Assembly: GCA_963810165.1 (NCBI GenBank) | Contig: CAWEMG010000017.1 | Span: 7,229 to 71,228, forward strand | Length of the DNA: 64,000 nt | Direction: 5' to 3' | Source: an uncultured Gemmatimonadales bacterium | GTDB taxonomy: Bacteria > Gemmatimonadota > Gemmatimonadetes > Gemmatimonadales > GWC2-71-9 | Shown here: positions 1-10,883 of the stretch, piece by piece | Position numbering within the stretch: the stretch's first letter is position 1 | How the letters are laid out: every line of letters begins with the position of its first letter | Program-made: the position numbers and the translations under genes | Notes under the pieces: model-generated | Told to the model about the DNA's origin: nothing | The model's database searches: none | What the model saw: only the letters and a program-made list of their open reading frames with translations

Positions 1-110
1 TCGAGCGCCAACTGCCCACCGTCGCTCGGAAGCGTGAGCCCGCCGCCACAGGATACAACTGCGGCGCCGATCAGGATCGGAATGATTCTATGCCCGATGA
101 GAGTACCCAT
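1..110 (-). CDS. putative lipoprotein, N-terminal fragment (gene runs off window start)
   Basis: ATG at 110 on minus strand. MGTLIGHRIIPILIGAAVVSCGGGLTLPSDGGQLAL = hydrophobic signal segment plus Cys (lipobox-like VVSC). Only 36 codons visible. Confidence 0.3.
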   Translation of the reverse strand, partial: MGTLIGHRIIPILIGAAVVSCGGGLTLPSDGGQLAL

Positions 111-202
111 GAGCAAACCATCCTGCTGCGAGATGTCTTGGTGATATCGCGTTGCGACATACGATCATACAGCGCCGCTTACGAACGTCGAAATGACCTG
201 GC

Positions 203-997
203 TCACATGGCCCGCGCGTGTCGTTTCGTGACCCCGGCAATGACCCAGCGTGGGGTCACCCGCAGCAGCAGTACCAGCAGCTTGTAACGCAAGGCAGGGA
301 CGCACACCACCGATCTACCGCGGTCGAGGCATGCCAGCGAGGCATCCACGACCTTCTCGGCCGACAGCCACATCCACCGCGGGATATTTCCCACGTCGAG
401 CTCCATGCGTTGGTGGAACTCGGAGCGGGTGAAGCCGGGGCACAGTGCCTGGACCCGGACGCCGGTGCCGGACAACTCCGCGGCCAGACCTTCGCTGAAG
501 CTGGTGAGGTACGCCTTGGTGGCACAGTAGTTCACGTTGAAGGCGGAGAAGACAAACGAAGCCACCGACGAGACGTTCACGATGGCGCCGCTCCGGTTGT
601 TGAGTAGCACTGCAAGCGCCGCCTGGCTCAGCCGCATTGGAGCCATCGTGTGGAGCCGCAACATCGCTTCCTGCCGAGCCGGACTGGTGCTGAGGAGTGG
701 GCCGCGAGTACCGAAGCCGGCATTGTTGATCAGGAGGGCGAGCTGGGGCGACTGAGTGATCCGCGCTACCAGAAGGCTCACGTCGGTGTCAATGGTCAGA
801 TCAGCAGGAAACACCTCGACGGCTATTCCATAGCGCGCTTCCAGCTCCCGTTTCACCGCCTCCAGACGGTTGCCGTCCCGTGCGACCAGCAGAAGGTCGA
901 AGCTTCGAGCGGCAAGCCGCTCGGAGAAGACCCGGCCGATCCCGGCGGAGGCGCCGGTAATCACGGCGAGTGGACGAGCCGTTGGCGGCGTCATCAT
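203..997 (-). CDS. short-chain dehydrogenase/reductase (SDR)
   Basis: ATG 997 inside ORF 203..1477; the first 160 aa of that ORF are an out-of-frame overlap with the aminotransferase. VITGASAGIG Rossmann motif, NNAG, catalytic YCATK. Confidence 0.85.
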   Translation of the reverse strand: MMTPPTARPLAVITGASAGIGRVFSERLAARSFDLLLVARDGNRLEAVKRELEARYGIAVEVFPADLTIDTDVSLLVARITQSPQLALLINNAGFGTRGPLLSTSPARQEAMLRLHTMAPMRLSQAALAVLLNNRSGAIVNVSSVASFVFSAFNVNYCATKAYLTSFSEGLAAELSGTGVRVQALCPGFTRSEFHQRMELDVGNIPRWMWLSAEKVVDASLACLDRGRSVVCVPALRYKLLVLLLRVTPRWVIAGVTKRHARAM

Positions 998-1019
998 GAG
1001 CCTGTCTCTGTTGATGGGT

Positions 1020-2256
1020 TTACTGCTGCAGCCCGCTTCTGGTCGCGGGCTCCGGCGGCCGGTGGCCCGCCGCGCTGGGGGAGACTGATGACAGCGACCG
1101 CAGCCGCCGAGCAGCTTCCAGTAGGATGTCGTCGGTTTTGCAGAAGACGAACCGTACCAGGCTGGCCCCTTCGCCACCATCGCGGAAGAAGCTGGAGCCG
1201 GGGACCGGGGTAACGCCGATTTCCCGGGAGAGCCACACCGCGAACTCAGTGTCAGTAAGCGGCGGCTTCGAACTCGCGGGCTGTGCCAGAGTCGAAAAGT
1301 CGGCGAGAATGTAGTAGGCGCCTTCCGGCGGCAGGCAGGCAAAGCCGGATTCGACCAGCGCGCTCTGAAGGATGTCGCGGCGGGAGCGATAACCGGCCGC
1401 CAGCTGCTGGTAGAAGGGAAGCTCCAGCTCTCCCAGCGCCACCGCGATACCCTCCTGGAGGGGTGCCGGGGCCCCAACGGTCAGGAAGTCGTGGACCTTC
1501 CGGATAGCGTCGGTCAGCACTGCCGGCGCCAGAATCCAGCCCACCCGCCAGCCGGTCACGCTGAAGGTCTTCGACGCGCCACTGATGGTGACAGTCCGAT
1601 CCCTCATGCCGGGCAGCGTCGCCAGCGGCACGTGGTCGCCCTCGAAGCGAATATGCTCGTAGATCTCGTCGGTCACCGCCAGGACGTCATGCCGGATACA
1701 GAGATCGCTGATCGCCTCGAGCTCATTCCGACGCAGGACCCGTCCGGCCGGGTTGCTGGGCGTGTTGACGATGATGGCGCGGGTCCGGGGTGAAAAGGCG
1801 TCCGCCAGGCGATCGCGATCCAGTTCCTGGCCCGGCTTGAGCGGTACGTAGACCGGCTCGGGCATCGGCCAGAATCGTGTCCGGCCCGTAGTTCTCGTAA
1901 AAGGGCTCGAAGACGATCACCTCGTCACCCGGATTCACCACGGCCATCAGCGTCGCGATCATAGCCTCGGTCGCGCCGCAGGTCACCGTGATCTCACGCT
2001 CCGGATCCACCTCCAGCGCATACCAGTCCTGGTACTTCCGGGCCAGGGCCTCGCGCAGACGCTGAGCGCCCCAGGTGATCGCGTACTGGTTGATATCGTC
2101 GTGAATGGCGCGAGCGGCGGCTTGCTTCAGGACGTCCGGCGCGGGAAAGTTGGGGAAGCCCTGAGCCAGATTGATGGAGCGATACTCGCGGGCCAGCCGG
2201 GTCATGCCCCGGATGACCGACTCTCGGAAACCATGAGTGCGGCGGGCGGTTTGCAC
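1020..2256 (-). CDS. class I/II PLP-dependent aminotransferase (frameshifted in this assembly)
   Basis: N-half in ORF 1723..2454 (NLAQGFPNFPAPD, TCGATEAMIATLMAVVNPGDEVIVFEPFYENYGPD). C-half in ORF 1020..1865 (NTPSNPAGRV, PLP-lysine motif SGASKTFSVTGWRVGW). Frames rejoin as ..ILADAEPVYVPL.. if one base of GGG 1860-1862 is dropped. Start GTG 2256 is tentative. Confidence 0.8.
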
Positions 2257-2372
2257 GGCAGCTCGCTGGTAGAATGGCGGTGATGTGACAGGTGAAGAGT
2301 ATAGCGGCTCACCGCTCCAGCAAATTACGCGGCTCCCTTCGGCTGGCCTGATCGTTGCCTTAGAATCCGAGT

Positions 2373-3170
2373 ATGGCACAGACTCAGGCAGGCCCGCTTT
2401 CGATCGTTGACCTCCACAGTCACCTTGTTCCCGGCGTGGACGACGGCACCGCATCCGTGGCCGAGTCGCTGGAGGCGCTTGCCGGGCTCTATGCCGAAGG
2501 AGTTCGAACCGCAGTCACCACCCCGCATCTGCTGTTACCCCATCTGACGACCACCGAGGCGGTTGACCGCGAGCTGGAGCGCCACCGTCTCGCCTTCAAC
2601 GAGCTGGCGGCCGCTTGCGCTGATCGCACCGACCTCCCGGCACTCGCCCTGGGGCAGGAGATCTGGGCTCCCGATGCGGGCACCATCACCCGACTACTGC
2701 TGCGGAAAGACGTCGGACTGGCCGGCGGGCGATACCTGCTGGTGGAGTTTGGCTTCGAGCTCCAGGGCACGCACAACGATGTCGTGCGACGGGTGCATGA
2801 GGCCGGCCGCCAGATCGTCGTCGCCCACCCCGAACGCTATCGCTACCTCTCCGGGCACGATCCCCTCGAGGTGATGCGCACCTGGCAGGAGATGGGAGCG
2901 CTACTGCAGGTGAATGTGGGAAGCCTGACCGGGCACTACCGGCGTTCCAGTCCCGGCTCAGACACCCTGGCCTGGCAGATGGCGGAGCACGGCCTGATCG
3001 ACCTTCTCTCCAGCGACCATCATGGGCCGCGGCGTCAGGGTGTCTCCCCCCGTGAGGCCCTGGAAGTGCTCATCGCCCGGGGCCAGGTGGCGCTGGCCGA
3101 ACGGGCGATGGAAGAAGTTCCCGGGATGATCGCGCGAAACGAACCGATTGCCTCACGTCTCCCGCGGTAG
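2373..3170 (+). CDS. CpsB/YwqE-family PHP-domain protein-tyrosine phosphatase
   Basis: VDLHSHLVPGVDDG, TTPH, VVAHPERYRY and SDHHG match the Mn-dependent PHP Tyr-phosphatase signature. Confidence 0.75.
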   Translation: MAQTQAGPLSIVDLHSHLVPGVDDGTASVAESLEALAGLYAEGVRTAVTTPHLLLPHLTTTEAVDRELERHRLAFNELAAACADRTDLPALALGQEIWAPDAGTITRLLLRKDVGLAGGRYLLVEFGFELQGTHNDVVRRVHEAGRQIVVAHPERYRYLSGHDPLEVMRTWQEMGALLQVNVGSLTGHYRRSSPGSDTLAWQMAEHGLIDLLSSDHHGPRRQGVSPREALEVLIARGQVALAERAMEEVPGMIARNEPIASRLPR

Positions 3171-3809
3171 AGTGCTGGTGCCGATCGCCTGGAGCAGCAG
3201 GCCGGCGGGCCCGAGCGATGTCGCGCCGCCTGCTCCTACCGCACCGTCGATCTCCTCCTTGATCCTCCGGCGCAGCGCCGCGTAGGCCTGAGTTGCAGCC
3301 GGATTCTCGAAAGCAATGGCGGTTCCTCTGATCTTGTAGGCCCCAGCCTGTTCATCGAGCACTCCCAGAATGCTGTCTATGCCGGCGAGCAGGGAGCTGG
3401 TGAGCAGCTCCAGCGTCGGGGACTCCTTCCGCGGCGGCCGGGAGGACCACTGCTTGATCTCTTTCGGCTTCCATCCGTTACGCTTGGCCAGCATGGCGAC
3501 GCTGTCCTGATACGCCTGGTCGACCGCGGCCTGCTGCTGCCGGTAGACCCGGATGAAGTTGGCGGCTCCGGCCAGGCTGAGCCTCGTGGCCGGTACGCCA
3601 CCGCCAGCCGTGAGCCGGCCGGGAGCAAACAGGCGGTTCAGCCGGGCCGCTCGCAGCCCGCTCTCGAGCCGGGCGTACACCTCGTTGCTGGCTGCGTCGT
3701 AGCGGGCCATCAACGACTGAAGGGGGCGCCCTTTCAGTGGAGCCTGGGGCGCAGTCGCGGCCAGGGCGGCATGCAATGCCTTGGAGCGGAGCCTCGGTGC
3801 ACGCGGCAA
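3153..3809 (-). CDS. hypothetical protein
   Basis: 218-codon ORF from TTG 3809 (alternative ATG about 3710, MARYDAASNEVY). Coding-like composition, no recognisable domain. Confidence 0.4.
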   Translation of the reverse strand: MPRAPRLRSKALHAALAATAPQAPLKGRPLQSLMARYDAASNEVYARLESGLRAARLNRLFAPGRLTAGGGVPATRLSLAGAANFIRVYRQQQAAVDQAYQDSVAMLAKRNGWKPKEIKQWSSRPPRKESPTLELLTSSLLAGIDSILGVLDEQAGAYKIRGTAIAFENPAATQAYAALRRRIKEEIDGAVGAGGATSLGPAGLLLQAIGTSTLPRET

Positions 3810-3893
3810 TGCCGGTGCGGCCTTAACGGGTGGAAGCTGCCACCGCGATGGTGTCCACTGCGATGGTGTCCAGCGCGTACTACCGCGATGGTG

Positions 3894-4472
3894 TCACCAG
3901 CCACCGTGGCGCGCACCGGCCAAGGGCTGTGGGTGCTGGCGAGCGACACCATATCGAGCCGGTAGTCGTCCGGGTTTCCCAACTCGGCTCATCCCGTACC
4001 GGGCTCGCGAGCGACCGGCACCTTTAACGTGCTCTTCCGCTGTGGCGCCGCTCGCACGATCTGACTTGCCCTGGCCGGCCCACGGTGGCCGCGGCCCGGT
4101 GAACGCGAGCTGGATGCCGAGCAGAAGAAGGATGCAGGCCAGCCCGAGCCCTATCGGGCGCTTCCAGCGCTGCCGAATCGCATTACTCGAGGCAGGAGCG
4201 TCGCCCGCGGGAAGCTCGACCGGCACGCTCCCCATCGCTGCGGACAGCAGTCCCCACGCCTTGCGAGCGGGCTTGGCGGGCGCCGGCTTCTGGTCCGCGA
4301 TGATCGCCCTGTACTGCGGGTGGAGAGTAATGGAGATCCACTTGGCGGTGGCCCGATGGTAGATCCGGGAACGCGCATCCACGTCCCCATCCCGAATGGC
4401 GATCGCCAGATCATCGCCCGTGCGGTAGAGCTCTTCCCTGCCTGGCTTCAATTCGACGAGATACATAGTCAC
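3894..4472 (-). CDS. hypothetical membrane-anchored protein
   Basis: MTMYLVELKPGREELYRTGDDLAIAIRDGDVD soluble N-domain and one TM helix (PIGLGLACILLLLGIQLAF). The Arg-rich C-terminal third looks non-native, so an undetected frameshift is possible. Confidence 0.45.
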   Translation of the reverse strand: MTMYLVELKPGREELYRTGDDLAIAIRDGDVDARSRIYHRATAKWISITLHPQYRAIIADQKPAPAKPARKAWGLLSAAMGSVPVELPAGDAPASSNAIRQRWKRPIGLGLACILLLLGIQLAFTGPRPPWAGQGKSDRASGATAEEHVKGAGRSRARYGMSRVGKPGRLPARYGVARQHPQPLAGARHGGW

Positions 4473-4838
4473 ACTCGGATTTGTTCACGAGCCCTGGCGC
4501 GGCAGACCGGCGGAGGCCCTGGTCACAGGAGGTGTCGCGGAGTCTGATGAGCCAGATCCGTGCTTATATCGGTCAGCGGCGGGAACTCACCTGTGGGTCG
4601 GTCCGGAGCGGGGTGACCAAGACATTGGTAGAAAGGCGGTTAGGGATCCGACGCCGGCTGGGTCTCTGGCGCCGTCACTCCAATCGGATCAGGGTCGCGT
4701 GCCCGGTGGCCGGGCCATGTTCCCGGTGCGTTTTTCGACCCTCGATGGTGTAATGCAAGATATTTCCTTCCTTCGGACAATAGATTAAAGTGCGACAGGG
4801 TCCCGTAGTTCGAATGGTGGCTGGCATCGGAGGCACTC

Positions 4839-5450
4839 ATGGGCACACAGCACGGCCGGGGCAACGACCCCACCGACTTCCGGTCTGAACGCTCGGAGCG
4901 AGGGGGAGGGCACGGAGCGGGGTCGCTCCTGATGGCGACGCTGCTAGGAGTGGGTATCGGCCTACTCGCGGCACCACAGCCCGGCACCAGGACCCGGAAG
5001 CTGCTGCTGCAGCGCCTGGCTGCTCTCAGCGAAGGTGTGGGAGAGGGTATGGAGGAGGTTCAGGGCGTCAGCAGTAAGGCCGGCAAACGGCTGAAGCGCC
5101 GGCTGGCCAAGCTGCGTGAGGAGGCCGGGGAGGAGCGGGTGCCGGAACGCTGGAGCAAGTCCAAGCTCAAGCGGGATCTCGACCTCGACGACGAGGAGGA
5201 ATCCGGCTCGTTGGGCAAGCTGCTGACGCTCGCCGCCGGGCTGGCTGCAACCTACTTCTTCACCAGTGACCGGACCGCCACGGCTCGGGTCCGGGTCCAG
5301 GAGACCGCCGCCGACGTGGGGCGCCGCGCCACGGATCAGTGGGATCGCTTCCAGCGTGGCGGCCTGCGCGCCCGTCGTGAGGCAAACGAGAGCCGCTCGG
5401 AAACCCGCTCAGCATCGAACCCGTCTGATGAGGCCCCGCAGGCAGGCTGA
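4839..5450 (+). CDS. YtxH-domain stress protein
   Basis: TM segment followed by GLLAAPQPGTRTRKLL (YtxH-type motif), then Lys/Glu-rich helices. Confidence 0.55.
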   Translation: MGTQHGRGNDPTDFRSERSERGGGHGAGSLLMATLLGVGIGLLAAPQPGTRTRKLLLQRLAALSEGVGEGMEEVQGVSSKAGKRLKRRLAKLREEAGEERVPERWSKSKLKRDLDLDDEEESGSLGKLLTLAAGLAATYFFTSDRTATARVRVQETAADVGRRATDQWDRFQRGGLRARREANESRSETRSASNPSDEAPQAG

Positions 5451-5523
5451 CCTCGCCATGGATTCGCGAGGCGGCGAACGGCCCCCAGGTGCGGGGCCGT
5501 TTTCTTGTTTACCGGCGAGGACC

Positions 5524-7622
5524 ATGATCCATTGGCGGCAAGGGATCGAGTGGCTGGGGCGCCCCGAAGGCCGGCGCCGCCGCATCGCACTCCTCGGACT
5601 GGGATTCAGTCTGGCATTCATGGTCGTCGTGATGTCGTGGGTGGCGAGCTGTGGCTTTCACGGCTGTCCCTCGACCGCGCAGATCCAGGCCTTCCGACCC
5701 AGCGAGGGCAGCAGGGTACTGGATCGAACCGGCAAGCCGCTCGGGAGGCTGAGCTACGTCCGCCGCATCAACGTTCCCATCTCGACGGTACCGCGCTCGC
5801 TGCGGGCGGCGTTTATCGCCACCGAGGACCGCCGATTCTACTATCACGGAGGAGTCGACTGGCGGAGCGCGGGGCGCGCGTTGCTGCGCAACCTGTCCGC
5901 CGTGGGAGTCCGGGAAGGGTTCAGCACCATCACTATGCAGGTGGTGCGCAATGCGTTTCTGCCTCATCTCTCCAACGAGCGAAGCCTCCGCCGCAAGCTG
6001 ATAGAGGTCGAGCTGGCACGGCGCCTCGAGCGCACCCTGACCAAGCAGCAGATCCTGGAGATGTACCTGAACGTCATCTATCTGGGAAATGGAACTTACG
6101 GGGTCGAGGCCGCCAGCCGGGATCTCTTTGGAAAAAGCGTCGCCCGCCTGTCCCTCAGTGAGGCTGCCACGATAGCCGGCCTGGCAAAGGGTCCCTCGCT
6201 CTACGGGCCTCGACGCCACCCGGATCGAGCTCGCGCACGCCGGGACCTGGTGCTCTCGCTGATGGCGCGCGAAGGGTACGTCTCACCCGAGCTGGCGGAG
6301 CACGCCCGCAGGGAGCCGCTGCGGCTGGCACGAGCGGAGTGGCGCCCAGCGCGAGATCGTTCCTACGCGCTGGACCCGGTCCGGGCAGTGGTGGACTCCA
6401 TACTCGGCGCGGATGCAGCCACGGCGGGCGACCTGGTCGTCCACTCGACCATTGACGCCGAGGCCCAGCACGCCGCCGAAGGCGCAATCAAGATCCAGGG
6501 CGCGGCGATCCAGCGGCGAGCAGCGCGGCCGCGAGCGGAGCCGAGCTGGAGGGGGCAGTGATCGCGCTGGACCCCCGGACCGGTGAGATCCGGGCTCTGG
6601 TCGGTGGCCGCCGCTCCGTGACGCGTGGATTCAACCGGGCACTGGGAGCGCGGCGCCAACCGGGGTCGGCCTTCAAGCCGTTCGTTTACGCCGCGGCGCT
6701 CAGGGCCGGATACAGTCCGGCCACGATACTCGACGATTCGCCGGTGGAGATCTCGGACGCGGGACGGGTCTGGAGGCCGGAGAATTTCGGGGGTGAGTAC
6801 GGCGGCCCGCTCACCTTTCGGCGGGCGCTGATGCGCTCGGCCAACGCGGCGACCGTGCGGCTCAGCCAGGCCCTTGGCGAGGAGCGGGTAGCCTCGTTGG
6901 CTCGGCGTTCTGGCATCCGCAGCCGAATGGACGCGGTTCCGGCCCTGGCGCTCGGCGCCATGGAGGTGACTCCGCTGGAGCTGGTCGTCGCGTACGCTCC
7001 GTTTGCCAACGGTGGCATGACCGTGCAGCCCTCCATCGTCAGCCGGATCGAATCGGCGGACGGCTCGCTGCTGTGGCAGTCACGGCCCAGGAGTCCCGAG
7101 CGGGTGCTGGACGAAGCCGAGGCTTTTCAGCTGACCTCGATGCTTCAGTCGGTGGTGAATGGCGGCACCGGCCGGGTGCTGCGCGATATGGGCGTGAAGG
7201 GACCGGTGGCTGGGAAGACCGGCACCACCAACAACGGCGCCGACGTCTGGTTTATCGGGTATACCCCGACACTCGTCGCCGGAATCTGGTTCGGCTATGA
7301 CAGCCCCCGGCCGATCGGAGGCAACGCCTCCGGTGGACGGCTGGCCGCCCCGGCATGGGCAAGGTTTTACCTGAAGGGATGGCGCGAGGAGTCGCCGGTG
7401 GGCGCCTGGAGCGCGCCGGCCGGCCTGGTGCAGGAAACGATCGACGCCACCAATGGTGAGATCGCCAACGAATGGTGCCCTCAGACGCAGCGGGAATGGT
7501 TCAAGGCCGGCACTGAGCCCACCAGTACCTGCCGCATCCATCACGCTCCGTTCCTCGATCAGTTGGAAGAGTTGGGACGCAAAATCGGGAAGGCGCTCGG
7601 CCGGATCCTCAAAGGCCTGTAG
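5524..7622 (+). CDS. class A penicillin-binding protein (transglycosylase + transpeptidase), frameshifted in this assembly
   Basis: GT51 motifs EDRRFYYHGGVD, GFSTITMQVVRN, RKLIEVELARRLE in ORF 5266..6561 from ATG 5524. Transpeptidase motifs SAFKPF (SxxK), RSANAAT (SxN), KTGTT in ORF 6558..7622. Frame change somewhere in 6480-6545; ELEGAVIALDP reads in the second frame. Confidence 0.9.
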
Positions 7623-8349
7623 CGGCGCCGCCCGATACAGCTGAAAGAGCCTTGAGTTGCTGCGGCGGCAGATAGTGCAGCAGCTGCTGGCGGACCGCTT
7701 CGGCTTCCCGCAGCACCTTGCCCGGATAGCGCCGGCAGCTCTGAGTGGCTCGACTTCTGATGCAGCCGTTGTAGCGGAGAAGGGCGGACCTCACGTCCTT
7801 GGTTCTCTTGAGATAGCCGGCGAAGACTCGCGAGCCATGACAGATGTTGGCCTCGACCTGCATCAGGTCGTCGGAGTCGCAATCGAACACCCCCGCATGA
7901 AAGCGCATCACCTGCATCAGCCCGATCGCCCCCCGGTGGCTGATCGTCTCCGGCTCCAACCGCGAGTTCTCCGTGATGAGCACGCCGGCCAGCAGACTGG
8001 GCGGGATCTGGAGCTGCCGGGCTTCCTTGACGATGGCCCGCGCCACCCGGTTGGCCATGTGGGCGTCGGCCCTGCGGCGAAAGATCTGCGCCAGCGGGAG
8101 ATGGTCGTACCGGTTTACGACCTCCGTCTCCAGCGTGGCGCTGTCGGCGGGGATTTCGCGGGCTGCCTCGCCCGCCACGGCCGGCGCGATGGCAACGATT
8201 GGGGCGCGCAGCTCGGGCGTCGGCGTGAGCAGCAGCGCGCCGGTAAACCCGGCCGCCGCCAGGAACGTCATGAAGGCGCGGCTGGGTGTCTGGAGCGGCC
8301 GGAGGAACGCTGAGCTCTGTCTGGGCATCGTGAGCCCCCTGGTATGCAA
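7609..8349 (-). CDS. lytic transglycosylase (SLT domain)
   Basis: ITENSRLEPETISHRGAIGLMQVM catalytic-Glu/GLMQ block; N-terminal signal-like segment. Confidence 0.8.
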   Translation of the reverse strand: MHTRGLTMPRQSSAFLRPLQTPSRAFMTFLAAAGFTGALLLTPTPELRAPIVAIAPAVAGEAAREIPADSATLETEVVNRYDHLPLAQIFRRRADAHMANRVARAIVKEARQLQIPPSLLAGVLITENSRLEPETISHRGAIGLMQVMRFHAGVFDCDSDDLMQVEANICHGSRVFAGYLKRTKDVRSALLRYNGCIRSRATQSCRRYPGKVLREAEAVRQQLLHYLPPQQLKALSAVSGGAATGL

Positions 8350-8536
8350 AATCCGGGCACATCAGCACGAGCCGCGCTCCCCATCGGCACGGCCAAGCGG
8401 TGCGAGCTCCATGGGCTTACGATGGTGCAGCGAATGACATCTCGGGGTGCCCGCGGAGGCGGGTGAGCCGGGCGCGGAGGTGGGTGAGCGGGAGGAAACT
8501 GCGAGACGTGCGGCGGCGTGCGGGAATTCTTGGAGC

Positions 8537-9421
8537 TCAGGCCCCGCTCAAGAGCTTGATCATGGCGAGGTCGTAGGGGTCGGGTGAGGGATCCTCGTCG
8601 GCAATGTCGTAGTTCTTCTGCGGCGTCTCGAGAATCAGCGGAATCTCCTCCGTGCGCCGGTCCGCAAGCAGCCACTCAAAAGGCTGCCGGCCGATCTTTC
8701 CATCTCCGATCAACACATGCCGGTCCTTGTTGGAGCCGAGCGCCCCCTCACTGTCGTTGAGATGGAAAAACAAGGGTGGGGTCCCGGCTGCGGCCTCGAA
8801 CTCATCGAGAATCCGCGTCAGCTCTGCCGGCGAGCGGGTGATGTCGAGTCCCGAGGCGAAGAGGTGACAGGTGTCGAGACCGTAGCCGGTGCGGTGCCGC
8901 AGCCGGGCGGGTACCGCCTGGAGGATGGCGGCCACTTCCTCCGCGGTCTTTCCCAGCGTCATCCCGGCACCGGCGGTGTTCTCGACCAGGAGCAGTGTAT
9001 CCCCGGCGACGGCGTCCAGCGCGTCGGTGATCGCCTGTCCCACCCGCTCGGCGGCGGCGCTACGGCTGCCGGATGTCGCCGCGCCAGGATGAAAGCAGAC
9101 GCTGCCCACGCCCAGAGCAGTTGACCGCTCCAGCTCTTTCCGTAGTCCGCCGCGCGCCCGGCTCAGCTTGGTCTCATCTTCGGTGGCGGTATTCAGCACA
9201 TACGCGGCGTGCACGACCACGTGCCGGGGCGCGATCCCCACTTGCGCCAGGGTCGCCCGAAAACGCTCGGCTCGCTCGGGCCGCATGGTGGACTTGTCAC
9301 CATAGTACTGCGGCGGCGCCGTGAAGATCTGTAGCGCCTTCATCCCGGCGTTGGCCGCACGGAGCGCCGCCATATTAATCCCGCCGTTTGCCACTGCATG
9401 GGTCCCAATGAAATGCGCCAC
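8537..9421 (-). CDS. nfo: deoxyribonuclease IV (endonuclease IV)
   Basis: HAAYVLN, CFHPG, LVENTAG, GYGLDTCHLFASG and FHLNDS blocks typical of Nfo/AP endonuclease 2. Confidence 0.9.
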   Translation of the reverse strand: MAHFIGTHAVANGGINMAALRAANAGMKALQIFTAPPQYYGDKSTMRPERAERFRATLAQVGIAPRHVVVHAAYVLNTATEDETKLSRARGGLRKELERSTALGVGSVCFHPGAATSGSRSAAAERVGQAITDALDAVAGDTLLLVENTAGAGMTLGKTAEEVAAILQAVPARLRHRTGYGLDTCHLFASGLDITRSPAELTRILDEFEAAAGTPPLFFHLNDSEGALGSNKDRHVLIGDGKIGRQPFEWLLADRRTEEIPLILETPQKNYDIADEDPSPDPYDLAMIKLLSGA

Positions 9422-9552
9422 CGATTCCCCCTTTTATTCTCATCCCACGTGACGGTCGGCACAGCCCTGGTCGCGCCAAAAGTGGATGGTAGTTCCTGGC
9501 CGCAATCGTGGCGGCCGCTGTCGCCGACCATCATCGCATCTTGGAGGTTAAT

Positions 9553-10162
9553 GTGGCCAGGGATAAGAGCGAAGCAATCAACAGCTACATCACCGATATG
9601 CTCGCGCTGGAAGACCATATCGAGAAGGCGCTGCGAGGCCAGCTGGAGGATCTGAAGGACTACCCGGACGTCATCAGCGAGCTGACCGGGATCCACCGAA
9701 AGGTGGAGCAGCACATCTCCGACCTCAAGCTGCTGAGCGAGCGGCGCTCCGCCGGCGGGGCGGCCGACTTGATCAAGCGCGCCGGGCTCAGCCGTGCTGG
9801 GACTGGGTGCAGCGGCGGTGGATCTGGTGCGGCGGGAAGGGCTACCGAAGAACCTGCGCGACGACTATACCGCGTTCAGCCTGGCCACCATCGGCTACGT
9901 CATGCTCTATACCACCGGACTCTCGCTCGATGACCGCGAAGTGGCGGAGCTGGCACGGCAGCACTTTGCCGACTACGCGGAGGCCGTGACGCGGCTGCAT
10001 AACATCGTGCCAGCCGCCGTGATCCGCTACCTGAAAGAGGACGGTTTACCGGTGCAGGAAAACGTGCTGCGGGAAATCAGCCGTGCGATCGAGGAGGTCT
10101 GGCACTCCCAGTCAGATCAGGCCCCGAAGGCTGAAGCGGCGTCGATCGGGCGGAGCCATTAG
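9553..10162 (+). CDS. ferritin-like four-helix-bundle protein (DUF892/YciE-like, tentative), frameshifted
   Basis: GGAGG 9544-9547 then GTG 9553. ARDKSEAINSYITDMLALEDHIEKALRGQ...HRKVEQHISDL in ORF 9508..9933 continues as ..VLGLGAAAVDLVRREGLPKNLRDDY.. in ORF 9794..10162. Break about 9781-9795. Confidence 0.5.
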
Positions 10163-10802
10163 TGCGCTGACCATTTCGCTCAGTGGAGGCTCGCTCACCG
10201 TGGTGTCGGCAGAAGAAGAGGCGGGCCGGCATCACGTTCAGGGGCTCGAAGTCCTGCTGGATGCGGCCGAATACCTGTTCGAGGTACGGCAGCACGGTGC
10301 GGGTGAACTGGTAGACCAGGAAGGCCCCGCTGGGATGGAGAAGCGAGTGGGTCTTCCGAAGGATTTCCTCACGCACACCGGCCGAGATGGTCGTGTATGG
10401 AATGCCCGAGATGACGTAGTCTGCGTGCCTCAGATTCAGGGAAGCCAGGGCCGCGTCTGCCCCGGCCGCTGACCCATGGACTATGTGTAGCCGGTCGTCG
10501 TGGATCTTGCCGCGAAGGAAGTGCACGAAGTCGGCATTGGTCTCCAGCGCGATGAGCACCGCATCCGGCCGCATCCGCCTCAGGATCTCGGTCGTAAAGG
10601 TGCCCACGCCGGGCCCGTACTCCAGAAACACCCGAGCGCGGGCCCAGTCAACTTCGCTCAGAACCTTGTTGACCAGAAAGCGGGAGCTCGGGATGAGGCT
10701 GCCGAGCATTTTGGGATGCTTGATGAAATTACGGCCAAAGAGCAGGATCTGCTCCGAACGCGAGGCGCGCTGTGCGGGCACGGTGGGGATTCTGCCTTTC
10801 AC
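10077..10802 (-). CDS. class I SAM-dependent methyltransferase
   Basis: VFLEYGPGVGTFT (motif I), ALETN, ISGIPY. The 3' tail overlaps the convergent gene by about 86 nt, so the true stop may be earlier. Confidence 0.7.
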   Translation of the reverse strand: MKGRIPTVPAQRASRSEQILLFGRNFIKHPKMLGSLIPSSRFLVNKVLSEVDWARARVFLEYGPGVGTFTTEILRRMRPDAVLIALETNADFVHFLRGKIHDDRLHIVHGSAAGADAALASLNLRHADYVISGIPYTTISAGVREEILRKTHSLLHPSGAFLVYQFTRTVLPYLEQVFGRIQQDFEPLNVMPARLFFCRHHGERASTERNGQRTNGSARSTPLQPSGPDLTGSARPPRSHG

Positions 10803-10883
10803 ATGGTCTTGCCCGCCAACCTGCCGGGCACCGGACTGAGCCGGCGCCGGCTGGCGGAAAGTGAGGAAACCTGCTCGAAGCTA

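Noticed and set aside
203-1477. 424-aa ORF taken at face value
   Set aside because: Only the part from ATG 997 is SDR-like. The upstream 160 aa overlap the aminotransferase C-terminus out of frame.
4803-4820. GTTCGAAT string suggesting a tRNA T-arm
   Set aside because: Flanking sequence cannot form T-stem, acceptor or anticodon stems.
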